64,000 bases of DNA from a virus. Its lineage: Duplodnaviria > Caudoviricetes. The stretch is taken from IMG/VR virus record IMGVR_UViG_3300028048_000057, positions 97,443 through 161,442 of that record. One strand, 5' to 3'. The notes beneath the pieces were generated by a model that had not been told where the DNA came from, ran no database searches, and saw nothing but the letters and a program-made list of their open reading frames with translations. This document shows, one piece after another, positions 10,757 to 20,511 of the stretch. Within the stretch, counting starts at the first letter, position 1; each line of letters opens with the position of its first letter. A program made the position numbers and the translations under genes.

Positions 10757-11893
10757 ATGATTTTAAAAGTTAAAAAATTTCAAGAAGCATGTAAAAAGAT
10801 TTTAGGAGCAGTTGATACAGACTCAGAATTAAAAGGAGTTGTTGGAGCCTATGATACTTTAGAAGTTTGTGCTTCAAATAACAAATTACAACTTAATGTT
10901 GGTAATGGTGAGTATTATGCTAGTGTATCACTAGATTATACCATTGATGAAGAATTTAGAGCAGTAATTGATGCAAAAGTATTTGTTACTTTAATTAGCA
11001 AATTAACTACAGAAGATGTGGAATTGGTTATGAGTGCTAATACTCTTATTGTTAAAGCAGATAAAGGTATCTATAAGTTCCCACTTAAATGTGATGATAA
11101 GGGAATGGTTGTTTTATCTAAGATTGAAGTTAGTAAACCAAGTGTAGAGATGATTATTGAAAATTCAAAATTACAAAGTATGCTTGACTTCAACTCAAAA
11201 GAATTTAGTAAAGGTGCCATATCTAATCCAGTACAAAGACTTTATTATTTAGATGAAGAAGGATGTCTAACATTTACTAATGGTACAGCATGTATCAACT
11301 CATTCCCATTAACTAAACCAGTTCAAGTAATTTTAAGTCAAAAAGTAGTTAAATTATTTAAATTGTTTGATACTGAAGATGTTAAGTTTATATTAGGCCA
11401 TGAGGAAGTTGGTGGAATGATTCAAACTAGAGTTAAATTTGAAAGTGGTAATGTTTCCATTTCTTATCTTTCTTTAAATGACCAATCTTATATTGCTAAA
11501 TTCCCTACAAAATCAATTAGAGGAATGGCTAATAAAGCATATAGTTATTCAGTATCAATGGAAACTAAAGAATTTATTAGTGCTCTTGATAGATTACTTT
11601 TATTTGATGATACAAACAATTTAAATAGAGGAGTAGGTATTTTTGAATTTGGTAACATGGGAATCACCATTTATGATTCAAGAAAGAGCAATCAAGAATT
11701 TGTTGCTTATCATAGTGTTAATGCTTTACCTACAGAAATTGTGACTATTAATTTAGGTTTAGCAGAACTTAAATCTTCTTTGGAAAATAGTGAAGAAGAA
11801 TTCTTAGTATTTAATTTTGGTACTCAAGATAAAGCCATTGTACTTGCTAATGGTAATATTAAAAATGTTATTGCAAGAAAAGTAATTAAATAA
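10757..11893 (+). CDS. dnaN: DNA polymerase sliding clamp (beta subunit-like)
   Basis: 378 aa, three-domain beta-clamp pattern (KFP..., KEFISALDRL); directly follows polymerase; clamp-loader genes present in window. Confidence 0.75.
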   Translation: MILKVKKFQEACKKILGAVDTDSELKGVVGAYDTLEVCASNNKLQLNVGNGEYYASVSLDYTIDEEFRAVIDAKVFVTLISKLTTEDVELVMSANTLIVKADKGIYKFPLKCDDKGMVVLSKIEVSKPSVEMIIENSKLQSMLDFNSKEFSKGAISNPVQRLYYLDEEGCLTFTNGTACINSFPLTKPVQVILSQKVVKLFKLFDTEDVKFILGHEEVGGMIQTRVKFESGNVSISYLSLNDQSYIAKFPTKSIRGMANKAYSYSVSMETKEFISALDRLLLFDDTNNLNRGVGIFEFGNMGITIYDSRKSNQEFVAYHSVNALPTEIVTINLGLAELKSSLENSEEEFLVFNFGTQDKAIVLANGNIKNVIARKVIK

Positions 11894-11900
11894 AAGAGAG

Positions 11901-12341
11901 GTGCTTAACATGGATGAATTTGATTTATTTGGTGTAGTTGAAAGTGAGGAAGATAAAAAATATACAACTAAGGTAGGTATTCCTCAATATCTACCTTCTA
12001 TGGATTGTCCTAGACTTGATACTTTAGTTGATAAAAATAAGTATAATGAACTTATTAGAGAAATTAATTCCTCTAATGTTAGTGAACAGGAAAAAGAATT
12101 TTTAAGATTTGCAGCAACTAGGCATTTAGTTTTTACTTATTCAAGAATTGCAGATTATTATGCTCATGCTACTCCAGAAATGCAAAAACTCATGGAAAAG
12201 AGTGCATTAGTTATTATTGACATTGATGATGCTATTGCTAATGGCTATGTTAAGTTAAGTGAATCTATTAAAAAGATTATGGAAGAAACTGGTAGACAAG
12301 CAGGAGATGACTACCATAATCAAACAACTCCTAAACAATAA
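11901..12341 (+). CDS. Accessory protein of the glycosyltransferase cluster
   Basis: KYTTKV.IPQY..EKEFL..AA.RH.VF.Y..IADYYAHA..EMQ.LME.SALVIID pattern that I recognise from proteins beside phage TAGT-like genes. Confidence 0.55.
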   Translation: MLNMDEFDLFGVVESEEDKKYTTKVGIPQYLPSMDCPRLDTLVDKNKYNELIREINSSNVSEQEKEFLRFAATRHLVFTYSRIADYYAHATPEMQKLMEKSALVIIDIDDAIANGYVKLSESIKKIMEETGRQAGDDYHNQTTPKQ

Positions 12342-12343
12342 AT

Positions 12344-12904
12344 ATGATTTATTTGATAATAGGTGCATCTTGTAGTGGAAAAACCTCCTTTACCTATAAT
12401 TCATTTCTTAAAGATAAAGAATTTATCAACAATAAGAACATTCTTGATTATTGTGAGACAAAGGACACCATCCTTTTAGGTAAATGGGATAAAGAAGGAA
12501 GAACTAAAGGTTCAGACACAATTAGTAGAAAAGACATCTCATTAATTAATTCTTGGATTGCAGAGATGCTTAAAATTTCAAATAAAGATATTGTTTTAGA
12601 AGGAGATAAGATAACATCAAGAACTATTTTTAATTTCATAAAAGACTTTAGATTACCTTGTAAATTATATTGGATACAAGTTACTCCAGAAGTTAGTTAT
12701 TCTAGAAATGTGAATAATGGTTCAACTTGTTCTTTTTCCCATCTTAAAGCAGTTACTACAAAAGCACAAAACATCTATATGGATTATTGTAATTATTTCA
12801 ATGGAGAAATAGTTAATACATGTAATCTAACTAGAAAAGATTTTGATGTATTAAATAAAGATAACTACAAAACAATTTGTGGATGTGAAGATTTTTTGTT
12901 TTAA
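12344..12904 (+). CDS. P-loop nucleotide kinase of the type associated with phage DNA base modification
   Basis: GASCSGKT; LGK..GSDTIS..IVLEGDKI pattern; lies in the glycosyltransferase operon. Confidence 0.7.
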   Translation: MIYLIIGASCSGKTSFTYNSFLKDKEFINNKNILDYCETKDTILLGKWDKEGRTKGSDTISRKDISLINSWIAEMLKISNKDIVLEGDKITSRTIFNFIKDFRLPCKLYWIQVTPEVSYSRNVNNGSTCSFSHLKAVTTKAQNIYMDYCNYFNGEIVNTCNLTRKDFDVLNKDNYKTICGCEDFLF

Positions 12905-12920
12905 AAAATGAGGTATTTAA

Positions 12921-13772
12921 ATGAGAGATGATTTTGCAATATTAATATTAACTCATGGCAGAGCCAACAATGTTATCACATTATCTACATTAGGCAAATG
13001 TGGATACACAGGAAAATGGTACATGGTTATTGACAATGAAGATAAACAAGCAGAGGATTACTATAGATTATATGGTAAAGACCATGTAATTATGTTTGAT
13101 AAACTCAAAAAATCACAAGAATTTGACACTTGTGATATGCCTTATGCTAAAAGGAATGCTATAGTGTATGCAAGAAATGCTTCTTTTGATATTGCAAAAG
13201 ATTTAGGTTTAAAATATTTTATGGAACTTGATGATGATTACATTGAGTTTAGAAATAGATTTGAAAAGGATGGAATGCTTTCTAGTGCTTGGGTAAATGA
13301 TTTAGATTCAATGCTAGAGGCAATGATAGAATTTCTAGATACAAGTGGTGCTTTAAGTGTAGCCATGTCTCAAATGGGAGACTTTATTGGTGGACTTGGA
13401 TGTTCTATGTTTAGAGATAGATTAACTAGAAAGTGTATGAACTCCTTTATATGTAGGACAGATAGACCTTTTACATTTGTTGGTAGAATTAATGAAGATG
13501 TTAATACTTATGTTTGGAGAGCATCAAGAGGAGAATTGATGTTTACAATTGCAGATGTCTCTTTGAATCAAGTAGATACTCAACAAAATAAAGGTGGAAT
13601 GACGGACTTTTATCTTGATGGTGGCACTTACATTAAATCTTTCTATAGTGTTATTATAAATCCTTCTAGTGTTAAAATATCTACTATGGGAGTAGGCCAC
13701 ATAAGATTCCACCATAATGTTAATTGGGAAAATTGTGCTCCTAAAATTATTAGTGATAAATTTAGAAAATAA
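12921..13772 (+). CDS. GT-A fold glycosyltransferase, TAGT/GREB1-like (copy 1)
   Basis: ILTHGRA, YARN, ELDDDY (DxD), GRINEDV, QQNKGG motifs. Confidence 0.8.
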   Translation: MRDDFAILILTHGRANNVITLSTLGKCGYTGKWYMVIDNEDKQAEDYYRLYGKDHVIMFDKLKKSQEFDTCDMPYAKRNAIVYARNASFDIAKDLGLKYFMELDDDYIEFRNRFEKDGMLSSAWVNDLDSMLEAMIEFLDTSGALSVAMSQMGDFIGGLGCSMFRDRLTRKCMNSFICRTDRPFTFVGRINEDVNTYVWRASRGELMFTIADVSLNQVDTQQNKGGMTDFYLDGGTYIKSFYSVIINPSSVKISTMGVGHIRFHHNVNWENCAPKIISDKFRK

Positions 13773-13773
13773 T

Positions 13774-14607
13774 ATGGATTCATTTGCTATTTTTATTACT
13801 ACCCACGGAAGAAGTAATAATTGTACAACTTTAAACACATTAAAATCTTTGGGATGTAAATATCCTATTTATCTTATTGTAGATGATTTGGATAAAGACT
13901 TAGACTCCTATAAGGTAAAATTTGGTGATTGTGTAAAGGTTTTTAGTAAACAAAAATATGTGAACCTTACAGATACAATCATGACTCCAAAAGTATTTAG
14001 TGCAGTAGTTTTTGCTAGAAACTTTTGTGAAGACTTGGCCAAAATGATGGGTTTAAAGTATTTTTTAATACTAGATGATGACATTAAAAATTTTAAAATA
14101 AGGTTTCCTATTAACACTAAATTAACTAGTACAAAGATAAATAATATAGATAAAATATTAGATATCTATTTAGATTATTTGGATAACTCTCCTTTAGGGC
14201 TTTTAGGGTTTGGTAATAAACCAAGTTATATTGGTGGGTTAAGTAATTTTTATAAAACTAAAAGAAGATGTTTTAATGCTTTTCTAAGAAAAACTTCTAT
14301 TCCTTTTACTTGGGTATCAAATTTTAATGAAGATACTATATCTTGTGTAGTTGAAGGAAAAAGAGGATTTCTTGTTTTAGAACTTCCTTATGTTCAATTA
14401 GAAGCAATAGAAACAGGAAAAGGAACACAAAATGGTGGAATGTTTGAAATGTATAATAATATAGATGAATATAAAAGGAAATTTAACTATGTTATAATCC
14501 AACCAAACATTTATAGTATTTATATTAATAGTGATAAAGAAATTAAAGTAAGAAGAATTTGGGATAATGCAATTCCTAAAATAATAAAACAAAAGTATAG
14601 AAAATGA
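13774..14607 (+). CDS. GT-A fold glycosyltransferase, TAGT/GREB1-like (copy 2, divergent)
   Basis: ITTHGRS, FARN, ILDDDI, FNED, QNGG; start moved to ATG 13774 by alignment with its paralogs. Confidence 0.75.
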   Translation: MDSFAIFITTHGRSNNCTTLNTLKSLGCKYPIYLIVDDLDKDLDSYKVKFGDCVKVFSKQKYVNLTDTIMTPKVFSAVVFARNFCEDLAKMMGLKYFLILDDDIKNFKIRFPINTKLTSTKINNIDKILDIYLDYLDNSPLGLLGFGNKPSYIGGLSNFYKTKRRCFNAFLRKTSIPFTWVSNFNEDTISCVVEGKRGFLVLELPYVQLEAIETGKGTQNGGMFEMYNNIDEYKRKFNYVIIQPNIYSIYINSDKEIKVRRIWDNAIPKIIKQKYRK

Positions 14608-15455
14608 TTAGAGAAAATTTTGCAGTATTTATATTAAGTCATGGTAGGGCTAATAACCTTATCACTTTAAACTCACTTAAAAGATGTGGTTATAGTGGTA
14701 AATGGTTTGTTATAGTTGATAATGAAGATTCTACTATTGATGAATATATCAAAGTTTGTGGGAAGGAACATGTCATTGTATTTGATAAGTTAGCAACTTC
14801 CAAAACATTTGATACCTTTGATATGTCCAATAATAGAAAAACAATTGTCTATGCTAGAAATGAATGCTTTAAAATTGCAAAAGATTTAGGATTAGATTAT
14901 TTTTTAGAATTGGATGATGATTATAGATGGTTTGAATTTAGGTGGCCAGAAGGAGATGTTCTCAAAACTAAAGAAATGAAAGATATTGATAAGGTCTTTG
15001 AGGCCTTTTTGACTTTCTTGGATGAAACAAATGCTAAAACAATTGCCTTTGCTCAAGGTGGGGACTTGATTGGTGGAGTTAATGGTTCAAGATTTAAACA
15101 AGGCCTTTTGAGAAAAGCCATGAATAGTTTCTTTTGTAAAGTTGATAGACCATTCACCTTTGTAGGAAGAATTAATGAGGATGTTAATACTTATACAACT
15201 CTAGGCTCTAGAGGTGATTTATTTTTCACTTTTACAAAAGTAGACTTAGTTCAAGTAAATACTCAAAAGAATGAGGGAGGTATGAGTGATGTTTATATGG
15301 ATTATGGTACCTATAATAAATCATTCTACACAATTATGACTATGCCTTCATGTACAAAGATAGGGATGATGGGAGATAAACATTTAAGAATACATCATCA
15401 AGTAGATTGGGAAACATGTGTTCCTAAAATTATAAGTGAGAGGTTTAGAAAATAA
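14604..15455 (+). CDS. GT-A fold glycosyltransferase, TAGT/GREB1-like (copy 3)
   Basis: ILSHGRA, YARN, ELDDDY, DRPFTFVGRINEDVNTY identical to copy 1. Confidence 0.8.
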   Translation: MIRENFAVFILSHGRANNLITLNSLKRCGYSGKWFVIVDNEDSTIDEYIKVCGKEHVIVFDKLATSKTFDTFDMSNNRKTIVYARNECFKIAKDLGLDYFLELDDDYRWFEFRWPEGDVLKTKEMKDIDKVFEAFLTFLDETNAKTIAFAQGGDLIGGVNGSRFKQGLLRKAMNSFFCKVDRPFTFVGRINEDVNTYTTLGSRGDLFFTFTKVDLVQVNTQKNEGGMSDVYMDYGTYNKSFYTIMTMPSCTKIGMMGDKHLRIHHQVDWETCVPKIISERFRK

Positions 15456-15698
15456 ATGGAAAGTAAATATTTAGATTTTATAGAAGATACAATACCAAAT
15501 AGAAAAACCCCTATTGTTCATGTAATGAATAAGTCTACTACTTATTTAGGGATGATTTATTTTTATCCTTCATGGCGTAAGTTCATTTTTAGACCAGAAG
15601 CAGATATAATTTTTGACACAAATTGTTTATTAGATATAGTAAATAAATTAAATGAACTTCAAGAAAATTGGAAAGAAGGTTTAAAAAAGAATGGCTAA
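15456..15698 (+). CDS. Small hypothetical phage protein
   Basis: 80-aa ORF in operon. Confidence 0.55.
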   Translation: MESKYLDFIEDTIPNRKTPIVHVMNKSTTYLGMIYFYPSWRKFIFRPEADIIFDTNCLLDIVNKLNELQENWKEGLKKNG

Positions 15699-16161
15699 AA
15701 AGAATTATGGTAAAGATTGGGAAACTCATTTCAAAACTGATTTTATGAGAACTTTTCCAAATGAATTTATATTAAGATTAAAAGATAATACTTCAAAATA
15801 TAAAAATGCATCCAAAAATCCATGCGACTTTTTATGTCATATAGATGGAAAATTATTTATGATAGAAGTTAAATGTCACTATGGAAACACTTTCCCATTT
15901 AGTGCTTTAAGTCAATATGATGAATTAGCAAATGATTGGTGTGGCTTAAAGGATGTTAGAAAATGTGTAGTTCTATGGATGATTGACCATGATTTAGTTT
16001 TAATAGTCCCTATTAGTGAAATTACTAAAATGATGAATGATGGTTTAGTTTCTATTAATGTTAAAACATATAAGAAGTATAATATAATAGAACCTACTTA
16101 TACTATGAAAAGGGTATTTCCAGAAGTAGACTATACAAAAATATTAGAAGTGGAGGATTAA
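15691..16161 (+). CDS. recU: RecU-like Holliday junction resolvase
   Basis: GK.WE, PCDF, IEVK PD-(D/E)xK motif, FPFSAL..Q. Confidence 0.75.
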   Translation: MAKKNYGKDWETHFKTDFMRTFPNEFILRLKDNTSKYKNASKNPCDFLCHIDGKLFMIEVKCHYGNTFPFSALSQYDELANDWCGLKDVRKCVVLWMIDHDLVLIVPISEITKMMNDGLVSINVKTYKKYNIIEPTYTMKRVFPEVDYTKILEVED

Positions 16162-16164
16162 TGT

Positions 16165-16719
16165 ATGTCAGATTCATTCCTTAAGACAATAGATACAACT
16201 AAATTAGATTCATTAATGAAAGAAACTACATTAAATGTTCAATATTTTAATAACACTTGTTTAGATATTATTTCTAAATATAGTAAACCTTTAGATGATT
16301 TAATGAAAGACATCTATGTTGATTGTATTAAAAATGATAACCCAACTTTAGATGTTCTTGAAAAGTATTATCTAGAACTTCAAAATATGATATACTTTAT
16401 GAATGAACAATTAGAACAATTAGGTATTCATGCTGATATGGCTGAAAAAGCATCTAATGAAATGTATTCTAAAGGTTATATTAAAGCAAGTGAAATTAGA
16501 GATGAAAATGGTAAAAAGAAACCAGTTGATGAAATCAAGGCTTTAGCAAATACAGAATCTCAATATGAAAATGTAGTTGCTTCTATATATGACCATGCAT
16601 ATAAGGTAGTTAAAGGTAAGATGTCTAGTGGGCAAGATTTATGTGATTGCTTAAGAAGAATTATTTCTACTAGAACAGAAGTAATGAAGATGGATTCTTA
16701 TCATGGAGGTTCAGTATAA
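16165..16719 (+). CDS. Helical protein, possibly a UvsY-like recombination mediator
   Basis: All-helical composition; located between resolvase and RecA. Confidence 0.3.
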   Translation: MSDSFLKTIDTTKLDSLMKETTLNVQYFNNTCLDIISKYSKPLDDLMKDIYVDCIKNDNPTLDVLEKYYLELQNMIYFMNEQLEQLGIHADMAEKASNEMYSKGYIKASEIRDENGKKKPVDEIKALANTESQYENVVASIYDHAYKVVKGKMSSGQDLCDCLRRIISTRTEVMKMDSYHGGSV

Positions 16720-17147
16720 TGAGACATGATTTAGAATATCTTTACCAAGTTACTCTTGAAAGTGGGTATGGAGAATCTTTAGGAAGTTATACAGATTTAA
16801 AAAGATTAAGAATAGATGAAGATTTACAAGATATATTTGAATACAACTTTCAAATAAAATATGATAAACAATATAATCCATTAAGTTGGTATTTAGAACC
16901 AAATTCAAAAGAATTATATAAAGAACTAGAGGAATTATGGAAGAATAATAATATCAACACCCATAAACTTTATATTGAAGATTATGCCTTTCAAGAATTC
17001 TTAAAAGAAAAATATGCTTCACAAGTAAGTGGACTTGTTGAAAGAGATGTAATTAAAAAGATTAAAACTAATTATATTATAAATGATGGTGTAATATACT
17101 TTATTGAAGGTGAATATTTATATATTGATGGTGCAGTTCAAGAATAG
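16719..17147 (+). CDS. Hypothetical protein
   Basis: 142-aa coupled ORF. Confidence 0.55.
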   Translation: MRHDLEYLYQVTLESGYGESLGSYTDLKRLRIDEDLQDIFEYNFQIKYDKQYNPLSWYLEPNSKELYKELEELWKNNNINTHKLYIEDYAFQEFLKEKYASQVSGLVERDVIKKIKTNYIINDGVIYFIEGEYLYIDGAVQE

Positions 17148-17153
17148 ACAATA

Positions 17154-18341
17154 TTGGAGGAAAACAAAATAATGTCAGATAATAAAAATTTACAAGAAAT
17201 TTTAAAAGGGATTGAAAAATCTTATGGAAAAGGAATTACAACAGTTGGTGTTGGAGATAGACCTAAGAAATCTTATTTCTCATTAGGAACCCCAGGATTT
17301 GATTTTTGTACTTACAATTCAATTCCAGAAGGTGTTTTCATTGAAGTACAAGGTCCAGAACAAAGTGGTAAAACTACTTGGGCTTGTTTAGCAGCAAGTA
17401 GTTTTATTAGAAATGAGAAAAAGAAACCAGTGGATGAAAGAAGAAAAATCTTATTTGTTGATGCAGAAGGTACAGCAGACCCAGATTGGATTTTAACTTC
17501 TACAGGATATAATATGAATGATGTAGATATTCAAACTATTTATCTTACACCATTAGGACAAAGTGCAGAACAAATCTTTGATATGGTTATTGATTTAGTC
17601 AAAACAGGTGAAGTTGGTTTAGTTGTTTTTGATAGTTTAGTAGCAATTGCTCCTCAACAAGTCAATGAAGAATCCATGGAAAAGAAAGATATGGGTGGAT
17701 TAGCAAGTGTGCTTAAATACTTTGTTACAAAAGGAACAGGTGTATTTAATAGATACAAAACTACATTTATTGGAATTAATGGAACTACTATGAATTTAAC
17801 TCCTTATGGAAATCCAGAAACATCCCCAGGAGGCACTTATTGGAAAAGAGCATGTTCATTAAGATTAAAATTCAAAAGAGGAGAGTTCTTTGATGAAGAT
17901 GGCAATACTCTTAAAGGAAGTGCAGAAAGTCCAGCAGGACATGTTATTGAAATGGCAGTACTTAAAACTAAGTTTTGTAGATGGGATAGAAAATTAGGTA
18001 GATGTCATTTAAACTATACAAAAGGTATTGATATTCTCCAAGATACCATTGAATTAGCATGTAGAAGTGACTTTGATATAATTAGAGAACCTTCAAAAGG
18101 ATGGTTTGTTGTAGTAGACCCAGATACAGGAGAGGCATTAACTGATAAAATTCATGGTATTAATAATATTGCTCCTTTCTTTAAAGAACATGTTGATATT
18201 TGGAAAAAAGTATATGATAAGGTTTATGAAAAACTATCAATTAAAGATGACCCAAATATTGTATCATTTGAAAAAATGTTAGGAGTTAATGTTAGTGAAG
18301 CATTTAATGTTGATTTTGTAAAAGAAGGAGAAGAACAATAA
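17154..18341 (+). CDS. recA: RecA/UvsX recombinase
   Basis: GPEQSGKTT, FVDAEG, VVFDSLVA, ETSPGG motifs. Confidence 0.93.
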   Translation: MEENKIMSDNKNLQEILKGIEKSYGKGITTVGVGDRPKKSYFSLGTPGFDFCTYNSIPEGVFIEVQGPEQSGKTTWACLAASSFIRNEKKKPVDERRKILFVDAEGTADPDWILTSTGYNMNDVDIQTIYLTPLGQSAEQIFDMVIDLVKTGEVGLVVFDSLVAIAPQQVNEESMEKKDMGGLASVLKYFVTKGTGVFNRYKTTFIGINGTTMNLTPYGNPETSPGGTYWKRACSLRLKFKRGEFFDEDGNTLKGSAESPAGHVIEMAVLKTKFCRWDRKLGRCHLNYTKGIDILQDTIELACRSDFDIIREPSKGWFVVVDPDTGEALTDKIHGINNIAPFFKEHVDIWKKVYDKVYEKLSIKDDPNIVSFEKMLGVNVSEAFNVDFVKEGEEQ

Positions 18342-18661
18342 TGGAAGAAATTAATAGATTCTATATTAGAAAAACAGATTTCCAAAGTAAGGATGAGTTT
18401 AATACTTATCTTAATAATCTAATTAATACCTTAACAAAAGTAGATTCCAATATTGTGGTTGCTTATCAATCTATGGACCCTAATGTATACATTATTGAAT
18501 GCAATACTCAAGACCCTACTTTAAATGGTGTATTTCCATTTTGGGTTACTCCTAGTGAAATGATGTCAATTAAACAATATAGAGAAAATCCTAAAAAGAT
18601 TGTTAAAAAGGCTCAGACCAAAGATGATGACTTTGGTGGATTCCCAGGAGGGGAAGCCTAA
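18341..18661 (+). CDS. Hypothetical protein
   Basis: 106-aa coupled ORF. Confidence 0.55.
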   Translation: MEEINRFYIRKTDFQSKDEFNTYLNNLINTLTKVDSNIVVAYQSMDPNVYIIECNTQDPTLNGVFPFWVTPSEMMSIKQYRENPKKIVKKAQTKDDDFGGFPGGEA

Positions 18662-19011
18662 TGGCTAAAATTGGGACTACTAGATATTACTCTACAATTC
18701 AAGAAGATAGTGTAGTTGACCTTATTGGTGGATTTAGAGTAAGTAATTCTGGAGGTGGGCTTTTTACTAAATGTGATGTAATAAATAAAGAGGCCTCCAT
18801 TGGAATAGAATGTAAAACTCCTACTAGTGAAAAAGATTCATTCTCAATTAAAAAGGAATGGATTGAAAAGAATATAAAAGATGCTAGAGATATGAGACTA
18901 TTCAATAGTGCATTAGCATTTACATTTGCTCCAAATCAAGAAAACTTCTTTGTGATTGATGAAAAGTTGTTTAAATTTTTAATTGAAAAATTAGAAGAAG
19001 AATATAAATAG
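18661..19011 (+). CDS. PD-(D/E)xK nuclease, Hjc-like resolvase
   Basis: QE..V..SGGG..CDV..IECK..SFSIKKEW. Confidence 0.7.
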   Translation: MAKIGTTRYYSTIQEDSVVDLIGGFRVSNSGGGLFTKCDVINKEASIGIECKTPTSEKDSFSIKKEWIEKNIKDARDMRLFNSALAFTFAPNQENFFVIDEKLFKFLIEKLEEEYK

Positions 19012-19014
19012 TTG

Positions 19015-19044
19015 TTGACATATTGAATTATTTCTTGTTATACT
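19015..19044 (+). promoter_or_regulatory. Sigma70/SigA-type early promoter
   Basis: TTGACA-18-TATACT. Confidence 0.7.
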
Positions 19045-19059
19045 TTAATAAGGAGTTAA

Positions 19060-19278
19060 TTGATGATTTGTTACAATAATTATAGATTAGGTAAAAATAA
19101 GAATATTGAATCTCATTACAATTTTCATGATGACAAAGTTCATACTATTAGAAGAGATTTAAGAAAACTTCATAGAGGTTGGGGTAAACATAGAATTGAA
19201 GATGAAACTTGCACAACCTTTTGTAAAAGATTAAGTAAAGTTGTACAATATCAAAAAGGTAAACCAAAAAAAAGTTGA
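19060..19278 (+). CDS. Small basic early protein
   Basis: ORF after promoter and AGGAG RBS. Confidence 0.55.
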   Translation: MMICYNNYRLGKNKNIESHYNFHDDKVHTIRRDLRKLHRGWGKHRIEDETCTTFCKRLSKVVQYQKGKPKKS

Positions 19279-19303
19279 CAAACATATAAAACTAAAGTAT
19301 ACT
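19275..19303 (+). promoter_or_regulatory. Sigma70/SigA-type early promoter
   Basis: TTGACA-17-TATACT. Confidence 0.75.
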
Positions 19304-19325
19304 TTATAATGAAGAAGGTTCAAAT

Positions 19326-19529
19326 ATGGTGTGGGAAGTAATTGATAATATTGTAGGTGAGACCACCTCTCATACAAATTATATGAATGCTTTGGAAGAA
19401 GCAGAAAGAAGAGTATCTATGCATGAAAGTGAATTTCCTTATAGACATAGAGGATATCATTATGCTATTCCATGTGAAATGATTGAAAACAAAGACACTA
19501 AAACTATAACTATTGTAAGAAAGGACTAA
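19326..19529 (+). CDS. Small early protein
   Basis: ORF after promoter. Confidence 0.55.
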   Translation: MVWEVIDNIVGETTSHTNYMNALEEAERRVSMHESEFPYRHRGYHYAIPCEMIENKDTKTITIVRKD

Positions 19530-19535
19530 ATTAGT

Positions 19536-20033
19536 ATGGAAGGATTAGAAAAATTATCTTTTGAAGAAAAAGTAAAAGCAGCAAAAGCAGTTGATTCTTT
19601 AATTGCAGAAATGGAAGCCCAAATTGAAAGTTGTAAACAAACAATTGCAGAATGTACTCCAGATAGAGATGCTATCTATGCAAGTCTTTTAGAAGATGTT
19701 AAGAGTAAAGGTGTTAAGGACTATGATGAACAAGTTGATGATTTATTTGTTACTCTTTTCTCTAAAGAAGATGTAGCATGGCTTGATGATGCTGGATTAC
19801 TTAAAAAGTTACAAGAAAATGGTGATTATGGATTTATTAAAACTACAACTAAGATTACAACTAGTGTAGACAAAAATGCACTTAAGAAAGCATTTAAATC
19901 TAATGAGTCTCTAAAAGAAGCATATAAAGATTTCTATGGAACTAAATTAACAGAGTATGTTACAGTAACTACAGAAGAAAATCATGCTAAAATGTTAGAG
20001 CACATTAGTGAAAATACAAAGAAAGGAAAGTAA
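19536..20033 (+). CDS. Coiled-coil protein, possibly Gam/Gp157-like
   Basis: N-terminal coiled coil; FIKT..SVDKNALKKA motif. Confidence 0.4.
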   Translation: MEGLEKLSFEEKVKAAKAVDSLIAEMEAQIESCKQTIAECTPDRDAIYASLLEDVKSKGVKDYDEQVDDLFVTLFSKEDVAWLDDAGLLKKLQENGDYGFIKTTTKITTSVDKNALKKAFKSNESLKEAYKDFYGTKLTEYVTVTTEENHAKMLEHISENTKKGK

Positions 20034-20035
20034 TT

Positions 20036-20221
20036 ATGGCAGAACCAAAAGAAGTTAAAAAAGAAGTTAGTTCTACACCAGCAAAAGAGGAAAGTGTTGC
20101 TAAATCAGACTTTGACAGGGTTGTCAAAGAGTATGAAAAATTAGCCAATGCATTCAATAGACTCTTAAAAGAGTATAATGAGTTGCATCTTAAAACTCTC
20201 TTTGTTGAAGAAACTAAATAA
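20036..20221 (+). CDS. Small coiled-coil protein
   Basis: 61-aa ORF with RBS. Confidence 0.5.
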   Translation: MAEPKEVKKEVSSTPAKEESVAKSDFDRVVKEYEKLANAFNRLLKEYNELHLKTLFVEETK

Positions 20222-20227
20222 TAACAT

Positions 20228-20253
20228 AAATGGTCTTAAACAAGACCATTTTT
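20228..20253 (+). terminator. Intrinsic terminator or processing hairpin
   Basis: AAATGGTCTT-aaac-AAGACCATTT followed by T's. Confidence 0.6.
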
Positions 20254-20330
20254 GGACCCATATCTCAATTAGGTAGAGAAGTCGCCTCATAAGCGAATAG
20301 TTCTAGGTTCGAGTCCTGGTGGGTCCACCA
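20254..20330 (+). tRNA. tRNA with CAT anticodon, probably Ile2 (lysidine type)
   Basis: GGACCCA/TGGGTCC-A-CCA acceptor; CT-CAT-AA loop; GGACC 5' end resembles Bacillota Ile2. Confidence 0.85.
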
Positions 20331-20333
20331 TTT

Positions 20334-20420
20334 GGAGGGCTGTGATAATTGGTAGTCAGCCTGTCTTGAAAACAGGTGTGTCGTAAGGCATTTAGGGTTC
20401 GAGTCCCTAGCCCTCCGCCA
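20334..20420 (+). tRNA. tRNA-Ser(TGA)
   Basis: GGAGGGC/GCCCTCC-G-CCA; CCTGT-CT TGA AA-ACAGG; long variable arm. Confidence 0.93.
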
Positions 20421-20423
20421 AAT

Positions 20424-20496
20424 CCCTGTATGGTTCGGTGACCAAGTGCGTCTCATAAGCGTATTAGCCTTAGTTCAACTCTAGGTGCAGGGACCA
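20424..20496 (+). tRNA. tRNA-Met(CAT), short D-arm
   Basis: CCCTGTA/TGCAGGG-A-CCA; CT CAT AA loop; TTCAACT T-loop. Confidence 0.8.
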
Positions 20497-20511
20497 TTTT
20501 AATAAAGCATA

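Noticed and set aside
20265-20456. 63-aa minus-strand ORF
   Set aside because: Antisense shadow of three tRNA genes
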